A stretch of 64,000 nucleotides of DNA, taken from NCBI GenBank assembly GCA_949001935.1, contig CARJLX010000001.1:115-64114 (forward strand), in the 5' to 3' direction. A program made the translations under genes and the position numbers. This document shows, piece after piece, positions 35,517-44,372 of the stretch (position 1 is its first letter; every line of letters begins with the position of its first letter). Under the pieces are notes generated by a model, which was not told where the DNA came from, did not search any database, and saw only the letters and a list, made by a program, of their open reading frames with translations. This DNA comes from an uncultured Eubacteriales bacterium (lineage in GTDB: Bacteria; Bacillota; Clostridia; Christensenellales; UBA1242).

Positions 35517-36326
35517 GTGAAAATTTTAATTGAACTTTCGCTTTGCATAAATATATTAATTAACTTTTTTATTATCAAATGCACCTCCAAATGTATTGAT
35601 AAAAAGGCTAGACTTGCTTTTTTATCTGCCGTAATAGGTGGGCTTGTTGCCCTTATCATTCCTATTTTTAATGTGGGGATTATTGCAAACATTGTTATTC
35701 AAATACTATTATCTCTTTCTATGTGTTTATTATCTTTTGAAATTAAGCCTTTTAAAAAGTTTTTAATAACTTATGCTATATTCTTTGGTTTTACTTTTCT
35801 TTTTGGCGGGGCTTGTTATGGAGTTAGCAATATTTTTGGGCAAATTTCATTACTTTGTGTTTTGGGTGTCGCAACATTTGTTTATATAATTTGCGTTTTG
35901 GTTATTAAGCATCAAAATAAATTAAAAAGATTAAAACAATTTTCTTTTAAAGTGGCTTTATTTGCAGGAGGTAAGGTTATCGAAGAAGAAGGATTTTTAG
36001 ACAGCGGGAATGTTTTATATGATCCTGTCACAAAAAAACCTATTATTCTTATAACTTATGATATTTTTTCTAAATTAAAGCCCGACATTAATTATATGAC
36101 AGCATATTGTAAAAAGATTGATCCAAAAAGTTTGACAAATGGGCATTATGTGAAGATTAACACTGTTGCAAGCGGGACATCTATTTTAGTTTTTACAGCC
36201 GATAAGGTTGAGATTTTTGAAGGGGAAGAAAAGAAGAATTTTGAAAATGTTTCACTTGGGTTATCTTTTTCTGGTTTTGACAAAGCTTTGGGGCGGAAAA
36301 TTTTGCTTCATCGTGAATTTGCTTAA
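35517..36326 (+). CDS. spoIIGA: sigma-E processing peptidase SpoIIGA
   Basis: Five N-terminal TM segments and the aspartic-protease motif GFLDSGN. GTG start after GAAGGAGGGG. Confidence 0.9.
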   Translation: MKILIELSLCINILINFFIIKCTSKCIDKKARLAFLSAVIGGLVALIIPIFNVGIIANIVIQILLSLSMCLLSFEIKPFKKFLITYAIFFGFTFLFGGACYGVSNIFGQISLLCVLGVATFVYIICVLVIKHQNKLKRLKQFSFKVALFAGGKVIEEEGFLDSGNVLYDPVTKKPIILITYDIFSKLKPDINYMTAYCKKIDPKSLTNGHYVKINTVASGTSILVFTADKVEIFEGEEKKNFENVSLGLSFSGFDKALGRKILLHREFA

Positions 36327-36338
36327 AAGGAGAGTGTT

Positions 36339-37073
36339 ATGTATAGAGTTTGGATTAAATTAAAAATTTTCTTTTATAATTTATTTTCAAGGAGAAGGCA
36401 TTTTAATTTAAAAAACATAGTTTGTTTTATTTGCGGAAACGAAGAACTGCCACAGCCACTTGACGAGGATGAGGAAAGCAGGCTTTTGCTTGAAAAGGAA
36501 GAGGGGAAAGAAGGTGCTATTGAAAAACTGGTGGAGCATAATTTAAGGCTTGTTGTATATATTTCTAAAAAGTTTGATGGTTGTGGAATTGATTTTGAGG
36601 ATTTAATTTCAATTGGCTCAATAGGGCTTATTAAAGCTGTTAAAACTTTTAATATGGACAAAAAAATTAAATTGGCAACTTATGCTTCGCGATGTATTGA
36701 AAATGAAATTTTAATGCAACTTAGAAAAGTTTCAAGAATAAAACAAGATGTCAGTCTTGAAAAACCTCTCTATGATGATGGCGATGGCAACGAAATGTTG
36801 GTTGCTGATGTTATAGTAAATGAGGAAGACGCAGTTGATAAAAATATGGATAAGGATGCTGACAAAAAAATAGTTTATGATTTAATCTCAAATCTCAATA
36901 TGCGTGAACAGGAAATTATGATTTTACGCTTTGGTTTAGCAGGGCAAGATGAATTAACCCAACGCGAAGTTGCTGACAAGCTTGGAATTAGCCAAAGTTA
37001 TATTTCACGAATAGAAAAAAAGATACTCGCTGATATGAAAACAAAACTTGAAAAGCAATCATTATATTATTAA
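36339..37073 (+). CDS. sigE: sporulation sigma factor SigE (pro-sigma-E)
   Basis: Pro-sequence followed by LPQPLDEDEE..HNLRLVVYISKKF, then regions 2-4. Follows spoIIGA. Confidence 0.92.
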   Translation: MYRVWIKLKIFFYNLFSRRRHFNLKNIVCFICGNEELPQPLDEDEESRLLLEKEEGKEGAIEKLVEHNLRLVVYISKKFDGCGIDFEDLISIGSIGLIKAVKTFNMDKKIKLATYASRCIENEILMQLRKVSRIKQDVSLEKPLYDDGDGNEMLVADVIVNEEDAVDKNMDKDADKKIVYDLISNLNMREQEIMILRFGLAGQDELTQREVADKLGISQSYISRIEKKILADMKTKLEKQSLYY

Positions 37074-37098
37074 AAAAAGTGCTTAAAGCACTTTTTTA
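37072..37098. terminator. bidirectional terminator between sigE and ymxH
   Basis: AAGTGCTTAAAGCACTT flanked by A and T runs. Confidence 0.7.
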
Positions 37099-37383
37099 TT
37101 TATCTTTTGGTTGAGATAAAATATATGGGTTTTGAGGTTGCGAAGACGAATGTAATTCAACTAAAATTGTGTCATCACCAATTTTACAAATACAAGAGAA
37201 GGGGATAAATAGTTGACTTCCATTTTTAAAAACATTCCAAAAAGATTTTTCCCCTGGCACAACAAGCCCTAATAGTCTTGCACTTGTAAGGTCAAAAACT
37301 ATATCAACTATATGTCCCAGGCGTCTACCATCAACAACATTGATAACTTCTTTACATCTTAATTCTAAAAATGAACTTTCCAC
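37096..37383 (-). CDS. ymxH: YlmC/YmxH-family sporulation protein (PRC barrel)
   Basis: LELRCKEVINVVDGRRLGHIVDIVFD...LLGLVVPG. GTG start without a clear RBS, so the 5' end is uncertain. Confidence 0.75.
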   Translation of the reverse strand: MESSFLELRCKEVINVVDGRRLGHIVDIVFDLTSARLLGLVVPGEKSFWNVFKNGSQLFIPFSCICKIGDDTILVELHSSSQPQNPYILSQPKDK

Positions 37384-37475
37384 ATTCTACTTTTATGTTT
37401 AATTTCGCAAAAAGATTACAAATTTCTTATTCTTTCTACAAAATTTTTGAAATTTTGGAGTGTTTTTACAAAAAA

Positions 37476-38258
37476 TTATTGTGCTTTCAAATATTCTTCT
37501 ATAGCATGCAATGCATTTTTTTCTAGTCTTGAAACTTGTGCTTGGCTTATTCCTATTTCTTCGCTAACTTCTGTTTGAGTTTTGCCAATATAATATCTCA
37601 ATAATAAAATCTCTTTTTCTCGACCATTTAAAGTTTTGATAGCATCTTTAATTGAAATTTTTTCTTGTAAAGCTTCATCAGTATTTTTTGTATCTGCTAT
37701 TTGATCCATTAAGGCTATTGTGTCGTTCCCATCAGTATAGACGGGGTCGTTTAGTGAAAGAGTTTCGCTAATTGCGTCCAAAGCAAAGGTGACGATTTTA
37801 GGGGAGATTTCAATCTTTTTTGCTATTTCATCAATTGTCGGTTCTCCAACATTATTTGTAGCTGAAAGTTCTTCCTTTGCTTGCAATGCTTTATATGCAA
37901 CATCTCGTAAACTTCTGGAAACTCTAACTGAATTATTATCACGAAGGTATCTTCGAATTTCGCCAATAATCATTGGAACAGCATATGTTGAAAAACGCAC
38001 ATTAAGACTTTCGTCAAAATTATCTATTGCTTTCATAAGTCCAACACATCCAACTTGAAACATATCGTCAGCTCTTGCACCATGACCACCAAAACGATGA
38101 ACAACAGACAATACAAGTCTAAGATTTGCAACAACAAAGTTGTCACGAGCCTGCATATCGCCAGCTTTGACTTTTTTCATGAGTGCCACTAAATCTTCAT
38201 TTTTAACCTTTGGGAGTTTAGAAGTGTCAACTCCTGCAATAAATACTCTTGCCCCCAT
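37476..38258 (-). CDS. sigG: forespore sigma factor SigG
   Basis: GVDTSKLPKVKNEDL..NLRLVLSVVHRF..DDMFQVGCVGLMKAIDNFD..FSTYAVPMIIGEIRRYLRDNNSVRVSRSLRD. Start at the second ATG, after GGAGG. Confidence 0.88.
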   Translation of the reverse strand: MGARVFIAGVDTSKLPKVKNEDLVALMKKVKAGDMQARDNFVVANLRLVLSVVHRFGGHGARADDMFQVGCVGLMKAIDNFDESLNVRFSTYAVPMIIGEIRRYLRDNNSVRVSRSLRDVAYKALQAKEELSATNNVGEPTIDEIAKKIEISPKIVTFALDAISETLSLNDPVYTDGNDTIALMDQIADTKNTDEALQEKISIKDAIKTLNGREKEILLLRYYIGKTQTEVSEEIGISQAQVSRLEKNALHAIEEYLKAQ

Positions 38259-38280
38259 ATATACCTCCATTAACTAGAGG

Positions 38281-38310
38281 TAGTTTCGGCTTCTTTTTTA
38301 AAAGTATTCA
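38281..38310 (-). promoter_or_regulatory. forespore-type (sigma-F/G-like) promoter candidate for sigG
   Basis: The minus strand reads TGAATA-18 nt-AAACTA, compared with the sigma-G consensus TGAATA-N17/18-CATACTA. Confidence 0.4.
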
Positions 38311-38415
38311 AAATAAAATGCCTTTTGACAAAACTTGACAAAGTAAAACAAAATACGCATTTTAAATTACAAAACTATAACAAAATAAAATAAAAAAACA
38401 CTTTTTAAAAGTGTT

Positions 38416-38898
38416 TTATGCTTTGCGAATAAGGGATTGGCATTCTTGACCATTTTTAATGGCGTCTAAGATGGTTTTTGGGCGAACATCCATTTTCTCG
38501 AGTTCTTCAAGTGTAAGCCATTTATAATTATAATGTTTAATTTCGCCCTTGTCATTTTCTGTATATTCAAAATCTTCTATTTTAAGTTTTTGTTTAGGGG
38601 AGAGAAGGTAGTAATAGCAAATTTCATGGAAAGGCATTTTATCATCTCTATCAAAAAACAATTGTTCTATTATAAGCAGTTTTTCAATTTTTGTTAAAAT
38701 TGATGTTTCTTCTTTTAATTCGCGTATAACAGCACTGTCGGTGTCTTCACCTAGTATAACATGCCCACCTGGGAATGTATAAAAACCTCCATAAACTTGA
38801 TCTTGATTTATTAAATATTTATCGTCTTGTTGAATTATTCCGCAAACACGCAATTTAAACGAGCCGTCTTCTTTCCAAAATTTAACATCTCTTGCCAT
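38416..38898 (-). CDS. NUDIX hydrolase
   Basis: Nudix box GGHVILGEDTDSAVIRELKEETSI. Confidence 0.85.
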   Translation of the reverse strand: MARDVKFWKEDGSFKLRVCGIIQQDDKYLINQDQVYGGFYTFPGGHVILGEDTDSAVIRELKEETSILTKIEKLLIIEQLFFDRDDKMPFHEICYYYLLSPKQKLKIEDFEYTENDKGEIKHYNYKWLTLEELEKMDVRPKTILDAIKNGQECQSLIRKA

Positions 38899-38921
38899 AT
38901 TTTTCTCCTTTTAAGTTAAAA

Positions 38922-38942
38922 AAGAGATTAGTTCAATCTCTT
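38922..38942 (-). terminator. terminator hairpin AAGAGATT/AATCTCTT
   Basis: 8-bp stem with a T-run on the minus strand. Downstream of the 66-aa ORF. Confidence 0.5.
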
Positions 38943-38956
38943 TTAGCGGTTTTTAC

Positions 38957-39157
38957 TTAAGGCATTTCTCTTTCTAAAGAACTTTTAAGATATATTTCTT
39001 TTTCTTTATTTGTTCTCCATAAACCATTTGTAAGGCGATAGTTGCCACGACAAACTCTGCCCACATTCATCTTTTTTGCCTCTTCATCAAATATAGCGGG
39101 CTTAAAATCAATAAATATTATATTTTCTAAATTTTCTTTTTTTTCCATTTTATACAT
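38957..39157 (-). CDS. hypothetical small protein (66 aa)
   Basis: Open frame between nrdR and the NUDIX gene with its own terminator. No RBS and no recognisable motif. Confidence 0.3.
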   Translation of the reverse strand: MYKMEKKENLENIIFIDFKPAIFDEEAKKMNVGRVCRGNYRLTNGLWRTNKEKEIYLKSSLEREMP

Positions 39158-39208
39158 ATAAAATTATTTTATTTGTTGAACATATTGTTCGTGTGTAACA
39201 TTTGGCTT

Positions 39209-39652
39209 TTACATATCTTCAAGGAGTTTCTTGAAAGAAGTTATGTCTTTAAATTGACGATATACTGATGCAAAACGAACATATGCCACTTCATCAAGCT
39301 TTTTAAGCTCATCCATGACCATTTCACCAAGCTCAGAAGATTTAACTTCTTGAAGAAGTTGGTTTTGAATGTTCTTTTCAATATTAGAAACAACATTTTC
39401 AATTTGGCTCATACTTACAGGGCGTTTTTCACAAGCCTTAATAAGACCACTCTTGATTTTAGAAGGGTCAAAAGGTTGACGAGAACCATCATTTTTAATA
39501 ACTAAAATTGGAGTTGTTTCAACTGTTTCATAAGTTGTATATCTTCTTCCACAAGAAAGACATTCGCGACGACGACGAATTGAATTTGTTTCATCAGTGC
39601 TTCTAGAATCTAAAACTTTGCTATCTTCGCAACCACAATATATACATTTCAT
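39209..39652 (-). CDS. nrdR: transcriptional repressor NrdR
   Basis: Zinc ribbon MKCIYCGCEDSKVLDSR..RRRECLSCGRRYTTYE plus ATP-cone. Confidence 0.95.
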   Translation of the reverse strand: MKCIYCGCEDSKVLDSRSTDETNSIRRRRECLSCGRRYTTYETVETTPILVIKNDGSRQPFDPSKIKSGLIKACEKRPVSMSQIENVVSNIEKNIQNQLLQEVKSSELGEMVMDELKKLDEVAYVRFASVYRQFKDITSFKKLLEDM

Positions 39653-39764
39653 TTTTATTTACCTCTAGGTTAATATACCATATTTGGGTGTGGACGAGCA
39701 AGTATTTTTGCAAAATTTATAGAATTTTGTCATTTTGTTTTTTTCTTGTCCATATTTTTATACT

Positions 39765-40004
39765 ATGAAAACTTTAAAAAATGCAAAGACTGGTAAATTT
39801 TATACAATTAAAAATTTAAGTGAGTTTGCCTCTGATAAAATTGTTAGGCGTCTTTTTGACCTTGGTTTTACACCAATGCAAAAAATCAAATTGGTTCGTA
39901 AAAGCCTGATAGGAAAAACATTTCTTGTTGAAGTTCGTGGGTATATTTTGTCTATGCGGGCAAGTGTTGCCGAGGTGATTGTTTTAAATGAGGTTGAAAA
40001 ATGA
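39765..40004 (+). CDS. feoA: FeoA-family iron transport protein
   Basis: About 80 aa SH3-like protein (KFYTIKNL..RRLFDLGFTPMQKIKLVRK). ATGA overlap with feoB. Confidence 0.8.
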   Translation: MKTLKNAKTGKFYTIKNLSEFASDKIVRRLFDLGFTPMQKIKLVRKSLIGKTFLVEVRGYILSMRASVAEVIVLNEVEK

Positions 40005-42121
40005 TAAAGGTTAATTTAGTTGGAAATCCCAACACAGGCAAGACTACACTTTTTAATTGCCTTACTGGTGCACATGAGCATGTGGGTAATTGGCATGGTG
40101 TTACGGTTGAGGAAAAAGCAAGGGTTTATAAGTATAAAGATAATGATATTGAACTTGTTGATTTGCCTGGAATTTATTCGCTCACTAGTTTGAGTTATGA
40201 AGAAGAAGTTGGGGTAAAATATCTTTTATCTCATCAAGAAAATATAGTTTTAAACATTTGTGATTCGTCAAACTTGCAACGCAATTTATATTTAACTCTT
40301 GGGCTTTTAGAACTTGGGCTTAATGTGGTGTTGGCAGTCAATCAAATTCAAAAAAAGCCTATTTGCAAGATTGATTACAAAAAACTAAGTTGCCTTCTAG
40401 GCATCCCTATTGTGCCAATCAACCCACAAAATAGAGAAGGGATTGACAAGCTGAATGAAGTGTTTTGTTCTAAATTTACTTATAGAGCAAAGTCTTTGAA
40501 ATATATCAAAAATCTAGAATTAAATAAAGTTTTCAATTATTTGCCTACAAGCATTGAAAAATATAATTTTAATAAAGATTTTTTATCAATCAAATTGCTT
40601 GAAAATGATATAAAGCTATTTGAAGATTTGAAGATTGATATAAGTGCAAAAGAGATTAAGGTTTTACAAGAAGGTGGGCTTGAAAGAGTTGCCAAAGCAA
40701 GATATGATTATATAGATGAGATTATATCGCAATGTTCAACTAAGCCAACAAAGGTCTATGGACAGAGTAAAGTTGACAAAATTCTTTTAAATAGGTTTTT
40801 AGCTTTCCCGATTTTTATTGCTTTTATCGCTTTAGCATTTTATTTAACCTTTTTCTCAATAGGGGCTTGGCTTAGTGATTTGCTTGTTGGGTTGTTGGAT
40901 AAATTTATTGGTACGCCATTAATAAATCTTTTTCAAAATGCCTTTCCGAATAGTTGGGTTGTTGGTTTAATTGAAACTGGGCTTGTTGGTGGAGTTGGTT
41001 CAATTATTGGATTTTTACCTCAAGTAGCATTGTTGTTTTTATTTTTATCTATATTGGAAGATAGTGGATATCTTTCTCGTGTCGCTTTTGTGTTTGATGA
41101 TATTTTAAGTAAGGTTGGACTTTCTGGCAAAAGCGTATACACTCTTTTAATGGGGTTTGGCTGTTCGACCACGGCTGTTTTAACTGCTCGCAACATGGAA
41201 GACAAAAACTCTAAAATTAAAACTGGACTTCTAACACCATACATGAGTTGTTCAGCAAAGTTTCCTATTTATGCAGTTTTAGGTGGTGCATTTTTTGGAG
41301 CCAATAATATTTGGATTATTTTAGGATTATATTTTCTGGGCGTTATAGTTGCCGTTCTATTATCCTTTATTTTGGAAAAAACTTTTTTAAAAAGCAAAGA
41401 ACAAACTTTTATATTAGAATTTCCACCATATCATTCAATGAGCTTTAAAAGAGTTTTTTCTATTCTTTGGGAAAATGTTAGGGCATTTTTAACTAGAGTT
41501 GGAAGTGTAATTATTGCAATGAATATAATTGTTTGGGTACTGGGGAATTTTTCTTTTGCTTTTGCTTATGTAGGTGGCGGAGATGGCATAAGTATACTTG
41601 AAAGTTTAGGCAGAATTCTTGCTCCTATATTTGAACCACTTGGTTTTGGAAGTTGGGGGCTTGTATCTGCTTTGATTGCAGGACTTATTGCAAAAGAGGT
41701 TATTGTATCTTCGATTGCTATGTTTAATCATGTTGATGAAGGCAATCAAGGAGCTTTGCTCGGCTCTTTAAAAAATCCAGAAAGTGCAATATATTTCACC
41801 GATCCTTGTGCTGTTGTATCTTATATGGTGTTTTGTCTGTTGTACTTCCCATGTCTAGCTACTATAAGTGTACTAGGTAAAGAAATTGGGCGTAAATGGA
41901 CTTTTATAGGTTGTATTATTGAACTTGTTGTTGCATATGTTGTTGCTTATGTTGTTTATACAGTTTGTAGATTTGGCGTCTTGTTTGGCTGGTGGAAATG
42001 TTTGTTGAGTTTATTGCTTGCAATATTGATTGTATCTTCAATAATAGTTATTATTAAAAAAATTAAGAACAAAAAGAAATGTGAATATTGCAATAACTGC
42101 AAAGGTGATTGTAAAAATTAA
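40001..42121 (+). CDS. feoB: ferrous iron transporter FeoB with fused Cys-rich C-terminal tail
   Basis: G-domain VNLVGNPNTGKTTLFN, a polytopic core, and an extra TM plus KKCEYCNNCKGDCKN at the C-terminus. Confidence 0.92.
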   Translation: MIKVNLVGNPNTGKTTLFNCLTGAHEHVGNWHGVTVEEKARVYKYKDNDIELVDLPGIYSLTSLSYEEEVGVKYLLSHQENIVLNICDSSNLQRNLYLTLGLLELGLNVVLAVNQIQKKPICKIDYKKLSCLLGIPIVPINPQNREGIDKLNEVFCSKFTYRAKSLKYIKNLELNKVFNYLPTSIEKYNFNKDFLSIKLLENDIKLFEDLKIDISAKEIKVLQEGGLERVAKARYDYIDEIISQCSTKPTKVYGQSKVDKILLNRFLAFPIFIAFIALAFYLTFFSIGAWLSDLLVGLLDKFIGTPLINLFQNAFPNSWVVGLIETGLVGGVGSIIGFLPQVALLFLFLSILEDSGYLSRVAFVFDDILSKVGLSGKSVYTLLMGFGCSTTAVLTARNMEDKNSKIKTGLLTPYMSCSAKFPIYAVLGGAFFGANNIWIILGLYFLGVIVAVLLSFILEKTFLKSKEQTFILEFPPYHSMSFKRVFSILWENVRAFLTRVGSVIIAMNIIVWVLGNFSFAFAYVGGGDGISILESLGRILAPIFEPLGFGSWGLVSALIAGLIAKEVIVSSIAMFNHVDEGNQGALLGSLKNPESAIYFTDPCAVVSYMVFCLLYFPCLATISVLGKEIGRKWTFIGCIIELVVAYVVAYVVYTVCRFGVLFGWWKCLLSLLLAILIVSSIIVIIKKIKNKKKCEYCNNCKGDCKN

Positions 42122-42134
42122 GAAAGCAGAGGGA

Positions 42135-42167
42135 TTTTTATGATAAATTAGTCAAAAATCATAAAAA
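42135..42167 (+). terminator. AT-rich hairpin/terminator after feoB
   Basis: TTTTTATGAT / ATCATAAAAA stem with a T-rich tract downstream. Confidence 0.4.
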
Positions 42168-42217
42168 CTCTTTGTTTTTTTTGTTATTTATGTTAATATT
42201 TAGCCAAGGAGATAAAT

Positions 42218-43531
42218 TTGAAACCTATTGTTGCCATAGTTGGCAGACCTAATGTTGGTAAAAGCACATTTTTTAATAAGATATGTGGTAAGAGAATTTC
42301 TATTGTAGATGATACGCCGGGCGTTACGCGTGACAGGATTTATGCTGACGCAGAATGGTGTGGGCGTGAGTTTACTCTTGTTGATACTGGCGGGTTGGAT
42401 AGCAAAAGTGACGATAAGTTTCAAGAAGATATTCGCAAGCAGGCAGAAATAGCAATTAATGATGCCCATGTTATTGTTTTTCTTGTAGATGGAAGAAGCG
42501 GGGTGACAGCTACTGATGAAGAAGTTGCATTTCTCCTAAAGCGAAGTAAAACACCAGTTGTATTGGTTGTTAATAAATTAGATAAGTTTGAAGTAGAAAA
42601 TACTTATGAATTTTATTCTTTGGGACTAGGCGAACCTCATCCGCTTTCTGTTATGCAGAGTAAGGGGTTAGGGGATGTTCTGGATGCCATTGTTTCTCAT
42701 TTCCCTGAGAAGAAAGAGGGCGAGGGTGAAGACGGAATAACCAAAATTGCCATAGTTGGCAGACCTAATGTTGGGAAAAGTAGTTTAGTTAATCGCTTAA
42801 TTGGGCAAGATCGCGTTGTTGTAAGTAATATTGAAGGCACAACACGAGATAGTGTACTTGTGCCATTTAGATTTAATAAAAAAGATTATGCATTAGTTGA
42901 TACTGCAGGGCTTAGAAGAAATCGTTCAGTTGAACATGAGAGTATTGAGGGCTATAGTGTGCTTAGAACAATGAATGCTATTGAAGAGGCAGATATTGTT
43001 TTGTTTGTTGTTTCTGGAAACGAAGAAAAGTTGACAGAGCAGGATGTTAGAATAGCAGGGTTTGTTCATGAGGCAGGAAAACCTAGCATAGTTGTTGTGA
43101 ATAAGTGGGATGAAAAATCCAAATCTAAACCAGAGTTTGAAAAAATGCTTTCTCAAGAACTTGCTTTTATGGATTATTATCAATCTGTTTATGTATCTGC
43201 ATTTACGGGGGCGGGTGTAGGTCAAATAATGGAAAATGCAGAAAGAGTTTATCAAAATTCTAGCAGGCGAATTTCTACAGGATTATTGAATGATATTTTG
43301 CATGATGCCATACTTTATTTTGAACCTCAAGTTAAAGGCGGTCGCAGAGCTAAAATTAAATTTATTACCGAAGCATCAACAAATCCACCAACTTTTGTTT
43401 TATTTGTTAATGATGCAAAACTAATCAATTTTTCATATACTCGTTATCTTGAAAATAAACTTCGTGAAAGAGTGGATTTTTCAGGTACGCCTATAAAGAT
43501 AATTGTTCGTGGAAAGGAGGATAAAGAATGA
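42218..43531 (+). CDS. der: ribosome biogenesis GTPase Der (EngA)
   Basis: Two GTPase domains (GRPNVGKST twice) plus a KH-like C-domain. TTG start after AAGGAG. Confidence 0.95.
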   Translation: MKPIVAIVGRPNVGKSTFFNKICGKRISIVDDTPGVTRDRIYADAEWCGREFTLVDTGGLDSKSDDKFQEDIRKQAEIAINDAHVIVFLVDGRSGVTATDEEVAFLLKRSKTPVVLVVNKLDKFEVENTYEFYSLGLGEPHPLSVMQSKGLGDVLDAIVSHFPEKKEGEGEDGITKIAIVGRPNVGKSSLVNRLIGQDRVVVSNIEGTTRDSVLVPFRFNKKDYALVDTAGLRRNRSVEHESIEGYSVLRTMNAIEEADIVLFVVSGNEEKLTEQDVRIAGFVHEAGKPSIVVVNKWDEKSKSKPEFEKMLSQELAFMDYYQSVYVSAFTGAGVGQIMENAERVYQNSSRRISTGLLNDILHDAILYFEPQVKGGRRAKIKFITEASTNPPTFVLFVNDAKLINFSYTRYLENKLRERVDFSGTPIKIIVRGKEDKE

Positions 43532-44301
43532 GTTTTTCTTGGGCTTTAGTAATTGTGTTTATAATTTCTTATCTTATAGGCAGTATCAATATATCTAAAA
43601 TTGTAACTTTCTTTAAAAAAGATAAAAAATTGGAAAGTCAGGGCAGTGGTAATCCTGGGACTATGAATATGCTTCGCACTTATGGTGCAAAGGCAGCTTT
43701 AATAACCTTGCTGTTTGAAGTTGTTAAGGCTGGACTTACAGCTTGGCTGTGTGCTTTTATTTTAAGCAAAAATTACCCTCCTGAAGTTTTAGGATACGAT
43801 TGTACAAATCTTATATTCTTCTTCTCTGGATTTACTATAATTTTTGCTTCATGTTTTCCATTCTTAGGCACTGTAAAAGGTGGCAAAGGTGTGGCTTGTG
43901 CTTTTGGAGTTTTCTGTTTTAGCCCTCTTTGGTATGTGTCACTTGCACTTTTTGTTGTTGGTATAATTTTGATTATAGTGACTGAGTATGGCGTTTTATC
44001 TTCTGTAGTTTTTATAATTGGGATGTCAATTGCAACAACAATATTTATGTTTGTTTTAAACATTTCGCATGCTTGGCTTATATGTGTTTTGGTTTGGGTT
44101 GCATGTCTGTTAATTTTGGCAAGACATCATAGAAATTTCTACAGACTTTTCACTCATCAAGAGAATAAAGCGAATTTTAAAGCTTCTTTTAAAAAACTTT
44201 TCCATAAAAGAAGAAATGGAGTTGAAGAAATTCTAGAAGATGAAGTTGAACACACTCCAGAAAAGATTGTTGAGGTTGAAGATAACAAAAAAACGGACTA
44301 G
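43528..44301 (+). CDS. plsY: glycerol-3-phosphate acyltransferase PlsY with a charged C-terminal extension
   Basis: GSGNPGTMNMLRTYG motif and a multi-TM body. About 50 extra residues at the C-terminus. Confidence 0.85.
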   Translation: MSFSWALVIVFIISYLIGSINISKIVTFFKKDKKLESQGSGNPGTMNMLRTYGAKAALITLLFEVVKAGLTAWLCAFILSKNYPPEVLGYDCTNLIFFFSGFTIIFASCFPFLGTVKGGKGVACAFGVFCFSPLWYVSLALFVVGIILIIVTEYGVLSSVVFIIGMSIATTIFMFVLNISHAWLICVLVWVACLLILARHHRNFYRLFTHQENKANFKASFKKLFHKRRNGVEEILEDEVEHTPEKIVEVEDNKKTD

Positions 44302-44313
44302 TCCGTTTTTTTA
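44288..44313 (+). terminator. terminator overlapping the plsY stop
   Basis: AACGGAC-TA-GTCCGTT followed by TTTTTTT. Confidence 0.65.
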
Positions 44314-44320
44314 TTTTAAG

Positions 44321-44349
44321 GTATATTTGTAATTTTGCCCACATATATT
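44321..44349 (+). promoter_or_regulatory. sigma-E-type promoter candidate for spoIVA
   Basis: GTATATT-14 nt-CATATATT, compared with the consensus kmATATT-N14-CATACAmT. spoIVA is sigma-E dependent in B. subtilis. Confidence 0.45.
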
Positions 44350-44372
44350 GTTGTATCATATGGAGGCAAAAT

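Noticed and set aside
39675-39692. NrdR box upstream of nrdR (minus strand ACACCCAAATATGGTAT).
   Set aside because: It is a partial palindrome only and a single copy, whereas NrdR boxes normally occur as phased pairs upstream of nrd operons.
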